Assembly: GCA_051362555.1 (NCBI GenBank)
Contig: CM120645.1
Location: 15,872,001-15,936,000, forward strand
DNA length: 64,000 bases
Source: Lingula anatina
Lineage: Eukaryota > Animalia > Brachiopoda
Direction: 5' to 3'
The position numbers and the translations under genes are program-made. Positions 42,001 through 56,000 of the stretch are shown piece after piece. Every line of letters begins with the position of its first letter. Within the stretch, counting starts at the first letter, position 1. The notes beneath the pieces were generated by a model. The model had not been told where the DNA came from, made no database searches, and saw only the letters and a list, made by a program, of their open reading frames with translations.

Positions 42001-45000
42001 ACTCAAATTCCTTTTGCAGCCCGACAATGCAATCCCAGTCTCGCATGAAATATTCTACTTTATGGAACTCTTATAGTACTGAAAATTAAAATCTGATTCA
42101 AATATCTGACAACGTGAATATGAATTTTGCACAGAGTATGTTATGTCTAAAAGCAAATCCTAAAGTCACTGTGTTAATAAGGTTATGACAAATGAACAAG
42201 TGTAAGGCATTTCCTCTTTGTGAAGCTTACCTTCAAAGTATCCCCTTCTTTTCTCTCCATAACATTCAATATCAAGGCAGCAATGACATTGAATCCCTGG
42301 CAGTAGCCAACAGTTTTGTTCCACCTTGCATAGGCCAGGAGCACTCTTTTCAACACAGCCCTGTCTTGCTCATTATCCTGGCCACTAAAACCACTGCAGC
42401 CTGTCCTGTGGAGATCCTGAAATATATAGGATAATATGGATAACTAGAAAACTAGAGAGCTTATACCAACTCCTGGGTATGCACCACCAGCCTGTCCTGT
42501 GAAGATCCTGAAATATATAGGATAATATGAATAACTAGCAAACTAGAGAGTTTATACTAACTCCTGGGTATGCACCACCAGCCTGTCCTGTGAAGATCCT
42601 GAAATATGTGGGATGATTTTGATAACTAGAGGATACAGAAAGGTAAAACTGCCTCTTGGTATGTACTGGTACTAGCAGGTTTTGGGTAGTGGTCCCTCAG
42701 GTCACCAGTGTCTAAGAAATCTACTAGTCTAAAGCAGACATTGTGGTCAATTCGTGGACGAATTTACATAATTTTACTCAATCAAGTTTACATGTTTGGT
42801 ACTAGGTCACTGGTTGAAATGGCAGACTGTTATATGCCAGACTATGTTAAGTGTATCACTTTAGTTTTCTTTTTTCAACCTGGCATTGTAAATATCATAT
42901 CAATACAGAATATAAGTGTTCACACATTAATTTATAAAGATGGCTAGGCAGAACAATATGAAAAATAGGTGATGTGTAACATTCCATTAATGCACATTAC
43001 AAGTTCATTTTTATCAACATAACACATTTTGATCATCAATCTCTAAGAAATTCTTTTTTTAAATATCCATTCCTCAAATCTTATGTGAAAGTCGATGCTG
43101 TACCTTCTGAATGTCATTTTTCAAAAAGCTATTTCCAGTATTCAGTTTGTGATCTCTACAATGAAACCATAAATGTGATTTCTAATTTTGAGAGAGATTA
43201 TCTGATCAATGAACCATTAACCATAATGCTGCACAAATTTAAAAGCAAACAGCAAGGAAATACAATCATTGCCGTAACCCTTAGTTGACCAAGAATGGTA
43301 ATTACTCTGACCTTTTTAGATACACAGATACCATAAAATCCACTATTGGCTTCAATTTCCAAGCCGTCCAGACTCCATTAAGGCCTGTGACAGCATTAAA
43401 AGGAAATTTCAACTAACTAGGAAATTGATTTGGTTTCTCGGAATCAAATAAAATAGAAATGTGGGCCCAAGCGTGTTTTGCTGAAATTCCTAGAACTAAA
43501 GTAAACTTTTGGCAAACAAACTAATTTTCTGAAAAATCACTTGACATTAAGCTCAAATTGTCCATGCATTTTTTTTATTCTTTAAAAAACGAAAATAAAG
43601 ATACACATGTACAAAGTTCTGAATTACAAGTTGAAGTTTCATTTTTGTGGGAAAGATTTTATTATACATATATAATAGCTCTGGAGAGCAACCGTTACCG
43701 GATGTTTCATATTTCTTGGATTTATGTAGCTAAATTCATAATTGAAAGTTATTCCACAAGACTGATATCTTTCAACATTTTCCAAAAAATGAAGATTGAG
43801 AAATTGAAAAAAAAAATCCACATTCCCCTTGCATTTTGCATCATACAATCATGAAACCATAGTTTGCATCCTGTGCTCATTTTTATCATGTAATACATGC
43901 ACTTCACCATGAATATCACATTCAACTATACCCTCTTGTTGACAAAAACTACAAAAAATTCATCACAATACCAGCTTATTATCATCAGGGTGGCTGTTCT
44001 TGCTGACTGTCAGCACCCTGAATTCAGAGTAGCCACCACGGCACACGATACTGTACCTTTACAATCTGCAGTCCCAACTTGTTATCATCAGGGTTGCTCT
44101 TCTCATTGAAGGTCACTTTCAGTGTCTTCTCCCAGTCTACACTGAGGTTCTTGATGTGATTGTCTGCCAGACTCAGCCACACCTACAATTAGCGCAGAGA
44201 GGTTCAACTTAAAGGTTAACCTTAATGATAAAATAAACATATAAAATTTTAAGTGTATGCTTGGTTGATTATCTACTCATGGTATTTACTGTTACGTAGT
44301 TAATAAAAACTTATTTGTAAGGTTCAACGGAAACGTGGTAACATGTAAAAAGTATTGTAAAAATATGTCCCCTGTTTAATAAGGGTCCAAGGTCATAGGG
44401 TCAAATGGTCTTATCTAAATACGTTTTGATTTATGCTATGACTGTAAACTTGGTTGAAAATCTGATCAACATATATGTTTGGAAAGAAATGTAAAAGGGT
44501 ACAGAGCTGAAAATTGTTTTAAATGCAAAATAAGTGATATGCATGTGGTAAAACTGTGTTGCATTTGAGGAAAATTACTAGCACTGTAAAAAGTTGACAT
44601 TAAACAGAAGTAAGAAGGGCTTTAGATTTTAAAAAGTTATTTGATGAAATATTTTCAATATGAAAACAAAATTAAATAAGGTGTCATGTAGGTGGACTAC
44701 TGCTGATTACCCTAGCTTAGATCAAAGCATAGTGAAAGAAGATCAAATGGTCTTCACTTTAAGACTGGTCTTAGTTCTTTTCAGTGTCAGCTTTGGAAGT
44801 TACAAACCTTTCTCCTGAACTCCTTGGGTATCCCCATAGGCAGGCGCACCACGGCTTTCATGGCATCTAACCACTGCTGATAGGCGTCATCACCAGGGAG
44901 GGGCTGGAGGCTGAACTTAATACGGCTATCTACGCCTGGAAAGATACAAACAATTTTCCACTTAAAAATAGTTTCAAATAGTTAAAACTGTTAACTGAAA

Positions 45001-47397
45001 TGTCATCCTTATATGGTTTATGAAGACCTGCTCTCTCTCTCTCTCCTCCTTTAGTATAAATTCCATCTCCATTTGCTCTCTCTCTCTCCACAACATGCAT
45101 GTGCTTGCAAACTGCTTATTTTTTTGGTGAACTTGATAATTTATCTGTCTTTAGAAGCATATTATATGTAAACAAGTACAATAGCTGTGTATGTGTTTAT
45201 CAAACACATCATGAACAATGCTGTACTCAACTGAACTTGTTTGGCTAGACTTGCTTTGGTTACGTGTGTCTTCAAAGATGTACACATAAATTATTTCACA
45301 CCTTACATTGTTCTCTACTTGATATGTCCAACAAAAATGCAATTTATAGCAGAATAAGTATATCAGTACTGCATGTGCCATTGAAACAGTCAATTGGACA
45401 AACAATAATTGATGATTTCAAGTGTCTCTCCCTACTCCAAAACACTATGATCCTTCCTGTGTTCTTCAAACACGAAAATGATATTGTTTGCTCAAAGTTA
45501 TCAATAACCCTCACAATATATTCCAATTCCACAGTTAATAACTGATAATCCCTTTATTGTTTCATTAAGCCTGTCATACATCATTCAGACAATTAAATAT
45601 CAGAGCATGCTTACATGACATTTTAGGTGGTTTAGAACTGGAAAGGATTGAACTTTGGCATTTAAATCTAATTCACAAAGGCCTTATAAGTAGTTCTACA
45701 TAGAGTTAAACAGCATGTTGATAGCCTTGACTAACATCCTATGAATTTTACTTCCTGCCACCATAATTTTATTAATACAAAATATTGTAACCTTATTTAA
45801 AAGAAATTGGCCTTGTCCAGTTCAGATCAAGGCTCTGTTTGGGTGACACTAATGAGAACATTCACATCGAGAATAGCTGAGGTTTAGCAAGGATAAGACC
45901 TAAATATGGCGGACCTACACAGGGGCGGATCCAGAGATATTTTCTGACAGTCTTCTAAATTATCTTTGATGATCCATCCTCCATTTCTGACTATCTTCCA
46001 ACAGAAAAAATTTGATACCCATCAATGTAAACCTGAAAATCTGACTGTCTTCCAGAAGACCCAGAAGACGGCCTAAATCCGCCCCTGCTACATGAAATTG
46101 AGACTGCGTATGTCGGCAAAAAATTGTCTTCCAATGAAATTTTCAAGTTTTTACTGTAGAATCAAGGTAATTCAGTCAGGGGCAGAGTTTGAAGCTACCA
46201 TGCCCAGGCCAAAGATCTGTGGAAACTAATTTCAGTTATCAGTCACTGATCAGATTCTCCAATATTAGAAACGGCACACATACACGATACAAAACACAAA
46301 CTGCTCCATTTATTTCTGACTATGTTTTCATTTGTTGTTATGTTATCATCAAAAACATGAGCTTATTAACAATCTATAATTATTGACCGAGTTCTGTAAT
46401 GTTGGTAATCCTGCACTATGTTCAACAGACCACATCCTTGAAATCAAAAGCCCACTCAATAGTGAGACTTTGGGTGGATTCCCATAGATTCTAGATTGAT
46501 CTATCCCCGTGGGGAGTCTCACTAGATTACTGTCAGATAATCCGGCTTAAATGTCCGTCCCGCCTGCTACAAGCTGTAAGGGGGTAATTAACTTTCTTGC
46601 CCACTCGGCCGACAGCTATTTCGCGTGAACCCCCAGGGAGTTAGGTCGATCTAGTTGGATTGATCTAATCTCTGGGAATGGGGTCTTTGAATAACACCCT
46701 CAGTTTCAGAATGCACTGGAAATGCAAAGAATGGTAACGGAAAAATGTACTAGTACATGTACATATACAGACCTTATTGTCCTTTGTATCCCAGGGTGTT
46801 TCTTTTCCATCATATTTATTGATGCAAGAAACATATTTAATAATATATAATACATATATAATACATATAAAGGTGGTAATTGGCTATTGGCATTATAAGC
46901 TCACCTTTACAAAACAATTATAATAGAACTAACTACAAGATAAATAATAATTATGGAGAATAAAAAAAAATGTTAACGATAAATATTGATAATTATAAGA
47001 AGAGGAGATGTAATAAAGGTGGTAGTAGGGTTGTTAGGCTGCGTTCACATGAAAAATCTATTTTCTAAAAATCTATTTGCGGTATCTTGTGATCACGGTC
47101 TGTGCCATGAATACCCCTTGGCGTAATTACTGGCAGCGCTGAGAATTGATTACAGCTTTGGAAGTAACTGGCTCGCGCTGCCCGTCATTACGCCGTGGGG
47201 TATTCAGGGCACAGACCGTGATCACAAAATACCGCAAATAGATTTTTAGATTTTTAGAAAATAGACTTTTCATGTGAATGCAGCCTTAAACAGTGATCAT
47301 TCAGGAAATGGTGACAGCTTACACTGGGATGTTCAACTGTATTGGTTAAGTTGTTCATACACCGCAATACTTATAATTGCTGAATGCTGCAACAAAT

Positions 47398-47430
<33 letters not shown>

Positions 47431-47675
47431 CTGCCTAGTATTTTATGTGATAAATACAGTTTAACACACTATACTGGTTCATCCTGCAGTAATAAAATGC
47501 ACTCAGTGACTAGTGACACAATGAATATTGCTTAATAAGCGGGTATATTTTACAAACCTATCTCTGACTGGTTATAAAACCTGGATAGCACTCAATATAA
47601 CTGAAAACTGAAAATTGATAACATATGATATATGCAACTGACAAATGTGATATTTTGGTATTATTTACACTACAG

Positions 47676-47715
<40 letters not shown>

Positions 47716-49972
47716 GGTTACTGGGATTTCTTTATATGCAGTCATGAAAGAATAATAATCAATCAAGCATGCAGAAAAATGGCTACACTGTATTACTTAC
47801 TAGTATTCTTAGACTAGTAAAAAGTTGCTTCACAAGATGGGCAGCCTATGCCACAAACAGTTGGATGTGAAAAAGAATAAATCACCCATTGCATAATTTA
47901 AATTTACTCAACTAAAATGTAAGGACCAGTTTAGGTGACTCTTTTTCATATAAGAGTTGTCAATCAAAACACAGTAGTACAGCTAAAATATAACTTACTA
48001 GTAAGATATACTGCTCAATGTGAAAAGGCCTTACATATGTTTGAAGAGTTGCAGAGAAGGGCTGACCTATCTGCAACGTGAATGCAACTTCAGGTCAATA
48101 CTCATCATCATTCTCTTTTGTTAGTAATGTCTCCTGAGGATACTGGGCACCCCATGTTTTTGATTGAAAGATGTAAATGAGGGATTGCTATTATAGGCAA
48201 GTCATTTATCTTTGAGCCGCAGAATAATCCCACTGCAGCTGAAACAGATTAACACAAATGCCAAAAGATGTTAAATAGATAACCAAAAATTGGGCATTGT
48301 ATTTCGTGGAAATCATCTTTTAACTGTGTAATGTTTGTAATTGGGACAGATACGTTCTCAAAGCAGGGGCCCCTTAAAGGTTATCATGATGGGAAAATAC
48401 TCAATGATTCTAAAAAAGATGATCCCTGTTTCCAAAACCAAATTACTGTCAAGTTCAGTTATGAAGGTGATTATTCAGTACTAAGCAAATACAAATATAC
48501 AGTGCCACATTTATGTAGAAAAGATTCCTCAAGGAAAAGGAATTAACTACTGTAGCTATCAATTGACTTAGACCTTCAAATGTTATATGGTGAACCCAAT
48601 GATTCTGTAAATAATTTTTCTTTAATGCTGCAGATTCAGAAATTATGAATTAAAACAATAGAAATGAAAATTTTCAAAGTTAATTTGTTGGTTAGTTCTA
48701 GCTGAACTGATCTCTCCAATGACAAAAAAAAAAAAAATAATAAATAAAAAAAATAAATAAAATAAAATAAAATTAAAAAAAAATCTCAAACAGTCACTTC
48801 ACTTTATTACTTTAGGCCAGATTTTCTGTCAGGTATATTAAGCATCATTACAAAGAATTCAGAAATTAATCCCTATCGCAAAAGAAGCTCACAGACAAAC
48901 CGCCATCAAGAAATACCCATTCACAGTAATGACCAAACTGAGTAACCCAATTTTGACCAAATTTAATGGCACGATATATGATTGATCTTGGTTCATTTCC
49001 TGCCCTGAAGGCAGACGAGAAGCTCCTTATTCTTTAGTCACATACTATAACCCTCCGCTGCATGGAGCATCTTACAGATAATTTGCACTCAAGGAAAATG
49101 ACACTGTGTTTCCACTAACTCCAAAAAATTCCACCACCACTGTTCTTATAACTCTTTGGAAATCATGTCTTTAAATAATTATAATACTACTATTTACTAG
49201 TTAAATAAAATGAATTACAACAAAGAAAATTTTTTCAAAAGAGAAGTTTAATGTTTTTTAACCATGAAAAATGAAGTCTACCTTTCATCAAAGAATTTTT
49301 GATCATGACTTTTTCAGAAATGATTTAAATTTTTTTCATCATCACAATAAAGAGACAATAAAAATAACAAAGAAAAAACTTAATTCACTGCACTGAGATA
49401 TTAATTCAACATTCTAAACAAGGACATTGCAAAAGGTAATTAAGCTTCCTATTTTTTTTCCATCAGCGTGAAACAAACAAATGGAACATTGCTGCTAATT
49501 AAACATTATGATTGCAAAGTGCCATTAATCATCTGTCTGATAAAAATCAGACAGAAATAACAGGTCTTACGTAAATGTGCTTTTAAACAAAATGGATTGT
49601 ACAATAAACTACCAAAGAATCAAAACCAATTTGACATTTCAAAAGAATTTGCCACTGTGCTTCACTATTGTGATTCCCTCTGACTTGGTTTCCTGATTTT
49701 TTTAATCTGTGAGAATTAATGGAGCATCGTTGCTATTTTCCGATTTCTAAATGGCATCATTCGCAATAAGGATGAGACAAAATGGTAAGAACTCATGCAG
49801 CAGAAGTGACTAAGCTGAGGCAATACTGTCACTTATTGATGAAACTGAAATAAATTGAGTGGAAATATCCATATTTCATTGAGTAGGACTTAAGCGGGGA
49901 GAGAAGGGGGTGGGGGTCAGTGGCAATAAGGTCAATATTGGCGACATCACAGAGAGACACAGAGATCAGAAT

Positions 49973-50011
<39 letters not shown>

Positions 50012-53000
50012 TACAGCATCTGTTAATAATGTAGAGTACTAGTATTTGGTCTAATGGAACTTTAATCACATGCATCTACATCCATTTGCATTTGGCTTCC
50101 TACATGCACCAGCTAGAATAACAGACTCTGACAATACTCAATTCTTGGAAAAGCTTAGTGATTTCCTCAAACCATAAAAATCATAATATGATTTGAGATT
50201 CGCAATCAGGAATCTTTGGGAAATGATAGAGCTTCAGTACCTGGGTAAAAAAAACATAAACAGGCAGATGTTTTTATTCAACACTCGACATTAAACCTCA
50301 TTTGCAGAAACCTTTCTATGCACCGAGGGTAATGACACTCTTCTGAGGTCTGCAACAACATAATGATGGAAAACTAAGTCACTAATTGTTTTATTATATC
50401 ATTTCATGCTTGAATGTCAATGTCCTCCAAGATAATATCAAAAGTTGCAACATTACTATCATATCCGTCATTGCTGTGACCAACTGATGATGTTTCCTAC
50501 TTTCTGATTGCTTGGTCATCTGACTGATAATATGTTTTCTTTACTCTGATTGGTTAAAAACCAGTGGTTATGTCACTGGTCGATCATATACTGTGTGATG
50601 GTATCATTTGTGAATAATGAGTTCTATCAGACTTCTGGATAAAGGATCATGTTCTATGCTTATTCTAAAATAGTTATTAAGTCACATACTGGGAAATACC
50701 AAATGGTATAGATGAAAGGGTCCAATAAAACCTGCATTGAACAAGGCAATAGTTTTCACTTTAAAACAAAACTGTAATGAAGGATTAATTGTGGTTTGGT
50801 TGTGTTTCCTTCCCACCTCCTGCGAGCCTAGTTTCAATTACTGACAGCGTGTGACACCATATTAGACATAACAGCATCATGCTGATGTAACTACATCATT
50901 AGGCGCCTGACTAATATCTTGTCATTTACCATTCTGTAATTGAAACACGGCTCACAAAGGGGGGGGGGGGGGGGGGGGGGAGGATATGTTTCCATATTAC
51001 GCCAATGTCAACTAAACAGATTGGATATATTTTCTCAGTGACGCAATAAATTTATGTTCTGGTGCATCCATATATAAGAACATTTCAGTGCTTACAAATA
51101 TTCATAGTCACCTCAAACTTTGACCAATATTTAAAATAATTCATCATTACCCAAAACAAGCAGTCTTCAATTTCTATGTTTCACCTCATAAAATATTAAT
51201 AAACTTCTAATAAACAATGTTTAGTAAGGGCCACCCTAATCATAAAATCTTAATGATATTCAAGCAGCCTATCTAAAATATCATCTGGTGTCATCCTCGA
51301 AATTTCATGTCAAAATCTTATCATATTGTTAAGTCCAAGTGAAATATTCACCATGGCTTTTTTTTTTTTTACTCCTAATCTAATTGTGACTGAATATTAT
51401 CATGATCAGATGACACAATGGTCCAAAAGTTCACCAAAAACTTAATATTGGGTACACAAAAATCTAAGTTATGATTTAATGATGTAATATATAAACAACA
51501 AAGTAAATGAATATCTTAAAAATTGTCAAAATCTTGAAAGTGAAAATATAACCATTTTAAACAACATGACAGGTAGTAGTATATATCTGAAATATAGGTT
51601 ATCTAAATCTATATCAATAATTTGCAGCTGAAATAAAAATTCCTTTCCCTACCATCTTGTTGTTTTTCTTTGACATTAACTCAATGGAAATACTAGTATA
51701 CATCTGTGGTCTAATAATAAACATACTAGTACAGAATACATATATTTTAAATGGGCAATTTTTTGCTAGGAGCAATAATGACATTGATTTCTATAAGCAA
51801 TCTTTATTTTGGGCAGACATACATAAACAAATTTTCATCCAGAGCTAATCACTTCCATCCTCATGCAAGCAGACACAAATAGCTATGGCATTTTGATATA
51901 ATCACAATTAATTTTGGGATATTTAACAATGATCCTCAAGCCTAAGCAAATGGTATTTAACGACTTCTCTTTGCTATGCTGTTACAATTACTGGTCGCAG
52001 AAATCAATATTCTCCACCTACCCTACTCCTACACACCACATGACTTGAAGCTTCAATTAACCAGCGGCAATATCACCAAGAATATAAAGACAGAAATGTT
52101 AAACGTGTCAACAGCTCTTAATCATACTGTTTAATACTAAGTGTATAAAATCTTGAGGTTTTTTTTCCTTCATAAGAACAATAACGAAGTGGGAATTCTC
52201 TGTGGTAGATGAAGGGAATAGTTTGGCTAAATTCTACCCCGAGTTTCATAAAGCACTGCAAATTAAACTGTCTATTATTGACATGACACTGGCAACAGCA
52301 GAACTCTCTCAAACTCAGGGTACTCGGCTAATACCTATGAGAAACAAGATTCAGAACCTAACTAAGTGGAGATGGTTGGAGGGGGTGTATATGGCTATTC
52401 TATATTTCAAAGTACATTTGCCACTGAAATAATGCCTGACAGTTATATGGAGTGGGCACAAAAAGCTTTCCATTTTTTACAAGAGCACACGTTATTGTGG
52501 GATCAATAAAAACATTCCTATCATGACTGGATCATGACCAACGTACATGTAAATTGTGATTATTTTATCATTGGAAATATTCATTCAGTGTGTCTGTCTG
52601 CAGTAGGCCAGAGATTCTCATAAAACACACACCCACCCACACACATACTAAATCAAAGTTAAGGCACAGAAACACAACAGAATATGGCCATTACGTAACA
52701 TTACCTGCGTTACCACAAGTGCGTTTTTCATTCATTTCGCCCTGCACGAGTCTCTCTTGTTTTAACACAGATGACGTCAAGAAACTTGTAGGTAGTAAAC
52801 TGTTCAATATTTCTTGCATCCCTTCTCTTTGTTTTTCCTTTACGGCACATCTATATATTCATCTATATAAAGTCCACCGGCGTCTGCTGACCCGGCCAAA
52901 TATCGACACCCTGAATATTCAACAAACAACTCACTGTAGTCGACGCTCCGTAAGAGAATAAAAGGCACGCATGGTTACATTGGCTGGACTGGTACACGAC

Positions 53001-56000
53001 TCAGTTTCATAGCACAGCATGAAACGGTGTATTTTTTCTAGACTTTTTCTTAGCAGGTATGGAAACGTGCTTCGTCGACTCTTACGGGGTACCAGCTGTA
53101 GCAAGCAGCGTAGCAATTCCGTCTCCCAAAATCGATCTCTCCTCTGTCGTCTTAATCGTCACTGATATTACCAAGTGACAAGTGCAGAGTAAAATGTGAT
53201 TTAAGTCGTCTTTGCGTGTACCTCAGGCCGATGGCAATAAAAGATGTCGTCGAGACACTGCCGCTGAGTATATTTTGTCGAACGATCCCCGTAGCTGCTT
53301 CAGCTCCTTGAGACGTCTTTAAATGACATGAAACACCGTTTGATTATACGGGTTCGCATCGTCACGTACAGGTACGTCGAAGCAAAAATATGTATTTAAA
53401 TAAATTCTTGTTGTCGGAATCGATCTTTCCGTACAATGAGGAACAAAGACTTTTTCGATCTAACTGTTCTCGCTCTATAGAGCAGAAGTGTCGACATGTG
53501 CGTCAGTGATCGATTTCTTCGGCATGGATGACGTCACAGATTCGACCTACTTCACTCGATTTGTCGTATCAATTTTTCAACTACGCTCAGAGATGATACA
53601 AAATCCGATTTCTCTTCAGGATTTGCGCTTGGATTCTTAAATACCTAGATTTGCGTTTCAGTAATATTTTTTTCTCGCAATCCTTTCACAAACCTAAGTA
53701 TAACATGAATTCATCGCACTCTTCGAATCATTTCCCTTGAATTTCTGTATCACAAATACAGCAGTAGTAGGCCATACTGTATTCGATTTTGCTAACCGAG
53801 CTCCCACTATTCCATGAAATAGCAATTACGATGTTAACCTATCGAATACCGGTACTTAATTGCGAGTTATGTCCTGGTCTTTTTTTTTTTTTTTTTTTCA
53901 AAACTTGGTTCGATATCCAACAGACTTTTCGTGTTTTTTAAGCTGCTTCTCCCCTTTTTTCCACGAGCTCTTTCCCAAACTCTGTGTTTGTCTAAGTGTG
54001 AATGAATGAATTCTTAAAAGCAGAAATAATATAAGTTGGTGCTGGAGCAAAGGAACTAGTATATAGGAAATCGATGCCACGAAGAACGGTCAGCCTGGTG
54101 CGACCTCTAATAATTATGTTAGAAAAATCAATAAGAATTATTTGATATTTTCTCCAACAAGGTCCAGGCGTCGGGGGAGACATGTATGGCTTCAACTGAT
54201 CCGAGAAATATCACCTTAATTGAGCCTATTTGGACTTGATAAAAAGTCGAAAGGGAATCATAAACAACATTCGATTCGAATCAAGTCTTCTGACTGTCAC
54301 AAAAGAGAGTTCAAATCAGTAATCTGTCTAGTCTTATGCCTTGAGGCCGGTAAACACTCTCCTGATTCAGACTTCGCCGCGGAGGCGTACGAACAATAGG
54401 AGGAAATAGACTGAAAATGAGCTATATTCTTCAGTTGCCATTGATAGCAAAGCCAAACAAGGACATCGGTTTCCTGTTACCATGACAACGTTGCCCTTTG
54501 CTTTTGTCGCTACCAGGGAAACCGTTATCCGGCACGAACGCACGCACGCACGCGCAGAGCCTCATAAGGGAAACGGTACATTCTAAAATGATAGCTACTG
54601 TTCTCAGCTCTGTAACAGCCACATACAAATTTTCTCTAAACGAAATGGATGGACAAGATGGTGACTGCGCTTCAAGTAACGTCTTTCAACTGAGCTGCGT
54701 TCAATGGTTAAAGCGTGGGTTCACAATTAAATGGGAAAGTAAAGTGGTGGAATGTTCCGTCACCACATATAACCGCAACCCGTGGGCAGAAATTGATGAG
54801 ACTTGGGAATCGTGTTGGTGGAGGAGTCCCGATTTATCAGGTAAACGAAAACTGATGAGCTCACGAGGATTGTGACTTACTTAGATGCAGTATTATTAGT
54901 GTCACAGAAAAGGGCGCTTGACCCCCCCCCCCCTTTCAGGAAATATATTCTGGGCTCTATGATGGGCATTGCTGTGTGTAACAGCGTGAGTTCACTTAGT
55001 AATTATGTCCCTGCCCCCCCCCCCCCTTCCCCGTTCATGACGTATAAGCAATCTCACGCTTGAACATAAACATTTTGAAACCCCTTTCGAACAGATAAGA
55101 TACAGATTTATGTAGTCAATAAATTTTACACATATAAAAATACACATTATCGGGAATCTATTTCCCTGTAAAAACGTAAGAATTGTAAGAGTTGTAAGAA
55201 TTAACTAAGTTTAAAATATGCTGTTTTGGTGCTGGTGTCTGCAATAGTCTAAACAACAGATTCAATTTCCATAATAGAAAATCAAAGACCTTTTTTTTTT
55301 TTTTTTTTTTAGAAACCGCCCATTATGCGAGTCACTGGCTAGATAACATACATGATGGATTTTCCTGGATTTTCCTCGTGGGACCCCTAGAGTCCCTAAT
55401 TCCTAAAAAGGACCCACTCATCTCCCACTTGGGTTCTTTATTTTGAACGGTTCAAACTTATATTCGCGTGCTGCATGCTATGAAAGAGAATATTACACCC
55501 TATCATAAGGTACATACTTTTGTGGTGTGTGGTCTATTACACCTACGTCTTACTATTAAATGTCAAACAGTTCCATAATGATCGCATGCAAACCATCTGA
55601 AACTCCCGTTGTTGACTTTTTAGATATTCTTTTTTTTAGGCATCTAATGTCATCTATAAATCACCCAAAGAGTTCAAAAAGCGATTTTTTTTCCTGTGAA
55701 AGCATATGTCATAAAAACCACAAGAAACTCTTGAAACGGTCATGATTTAAGTATGTTCTGTTTTGTGGCAAAGATATACTTTAAATAACTCTGGGAAGAG
55801 CAAGAGCTGAAGGTAAGTTTTCATTGCTGGGACAAATATCAAGGAATCACAATGCATAAAAATCCATCTATTTTTTAATCATTTCTCGACTTGGATATCG
55901 AATATTTTCCCAGTGAGTACAGGTAGGCCTAGGTGATGGTGAGACGAATTTTACAAAATAAATGGCACCTTAGTTCGATAAATTTCGGAACTGTAACAAT

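Noticed and set aside
42397-42665. Regularly spaced repeats as a possible CRISPR array
   Set aside because: Whole 91-bp units repeat with no unique spacers, there are no cas genes, and the context is a eukaryotic intron.
48035-48238. 204-nt AG/GTAAG-bounded segment on the minus strand, a possible TBC1D30 cassette exon
   Set aside because: Stop codons in all three frames; at most a poison or non-coding exon, with no further support.
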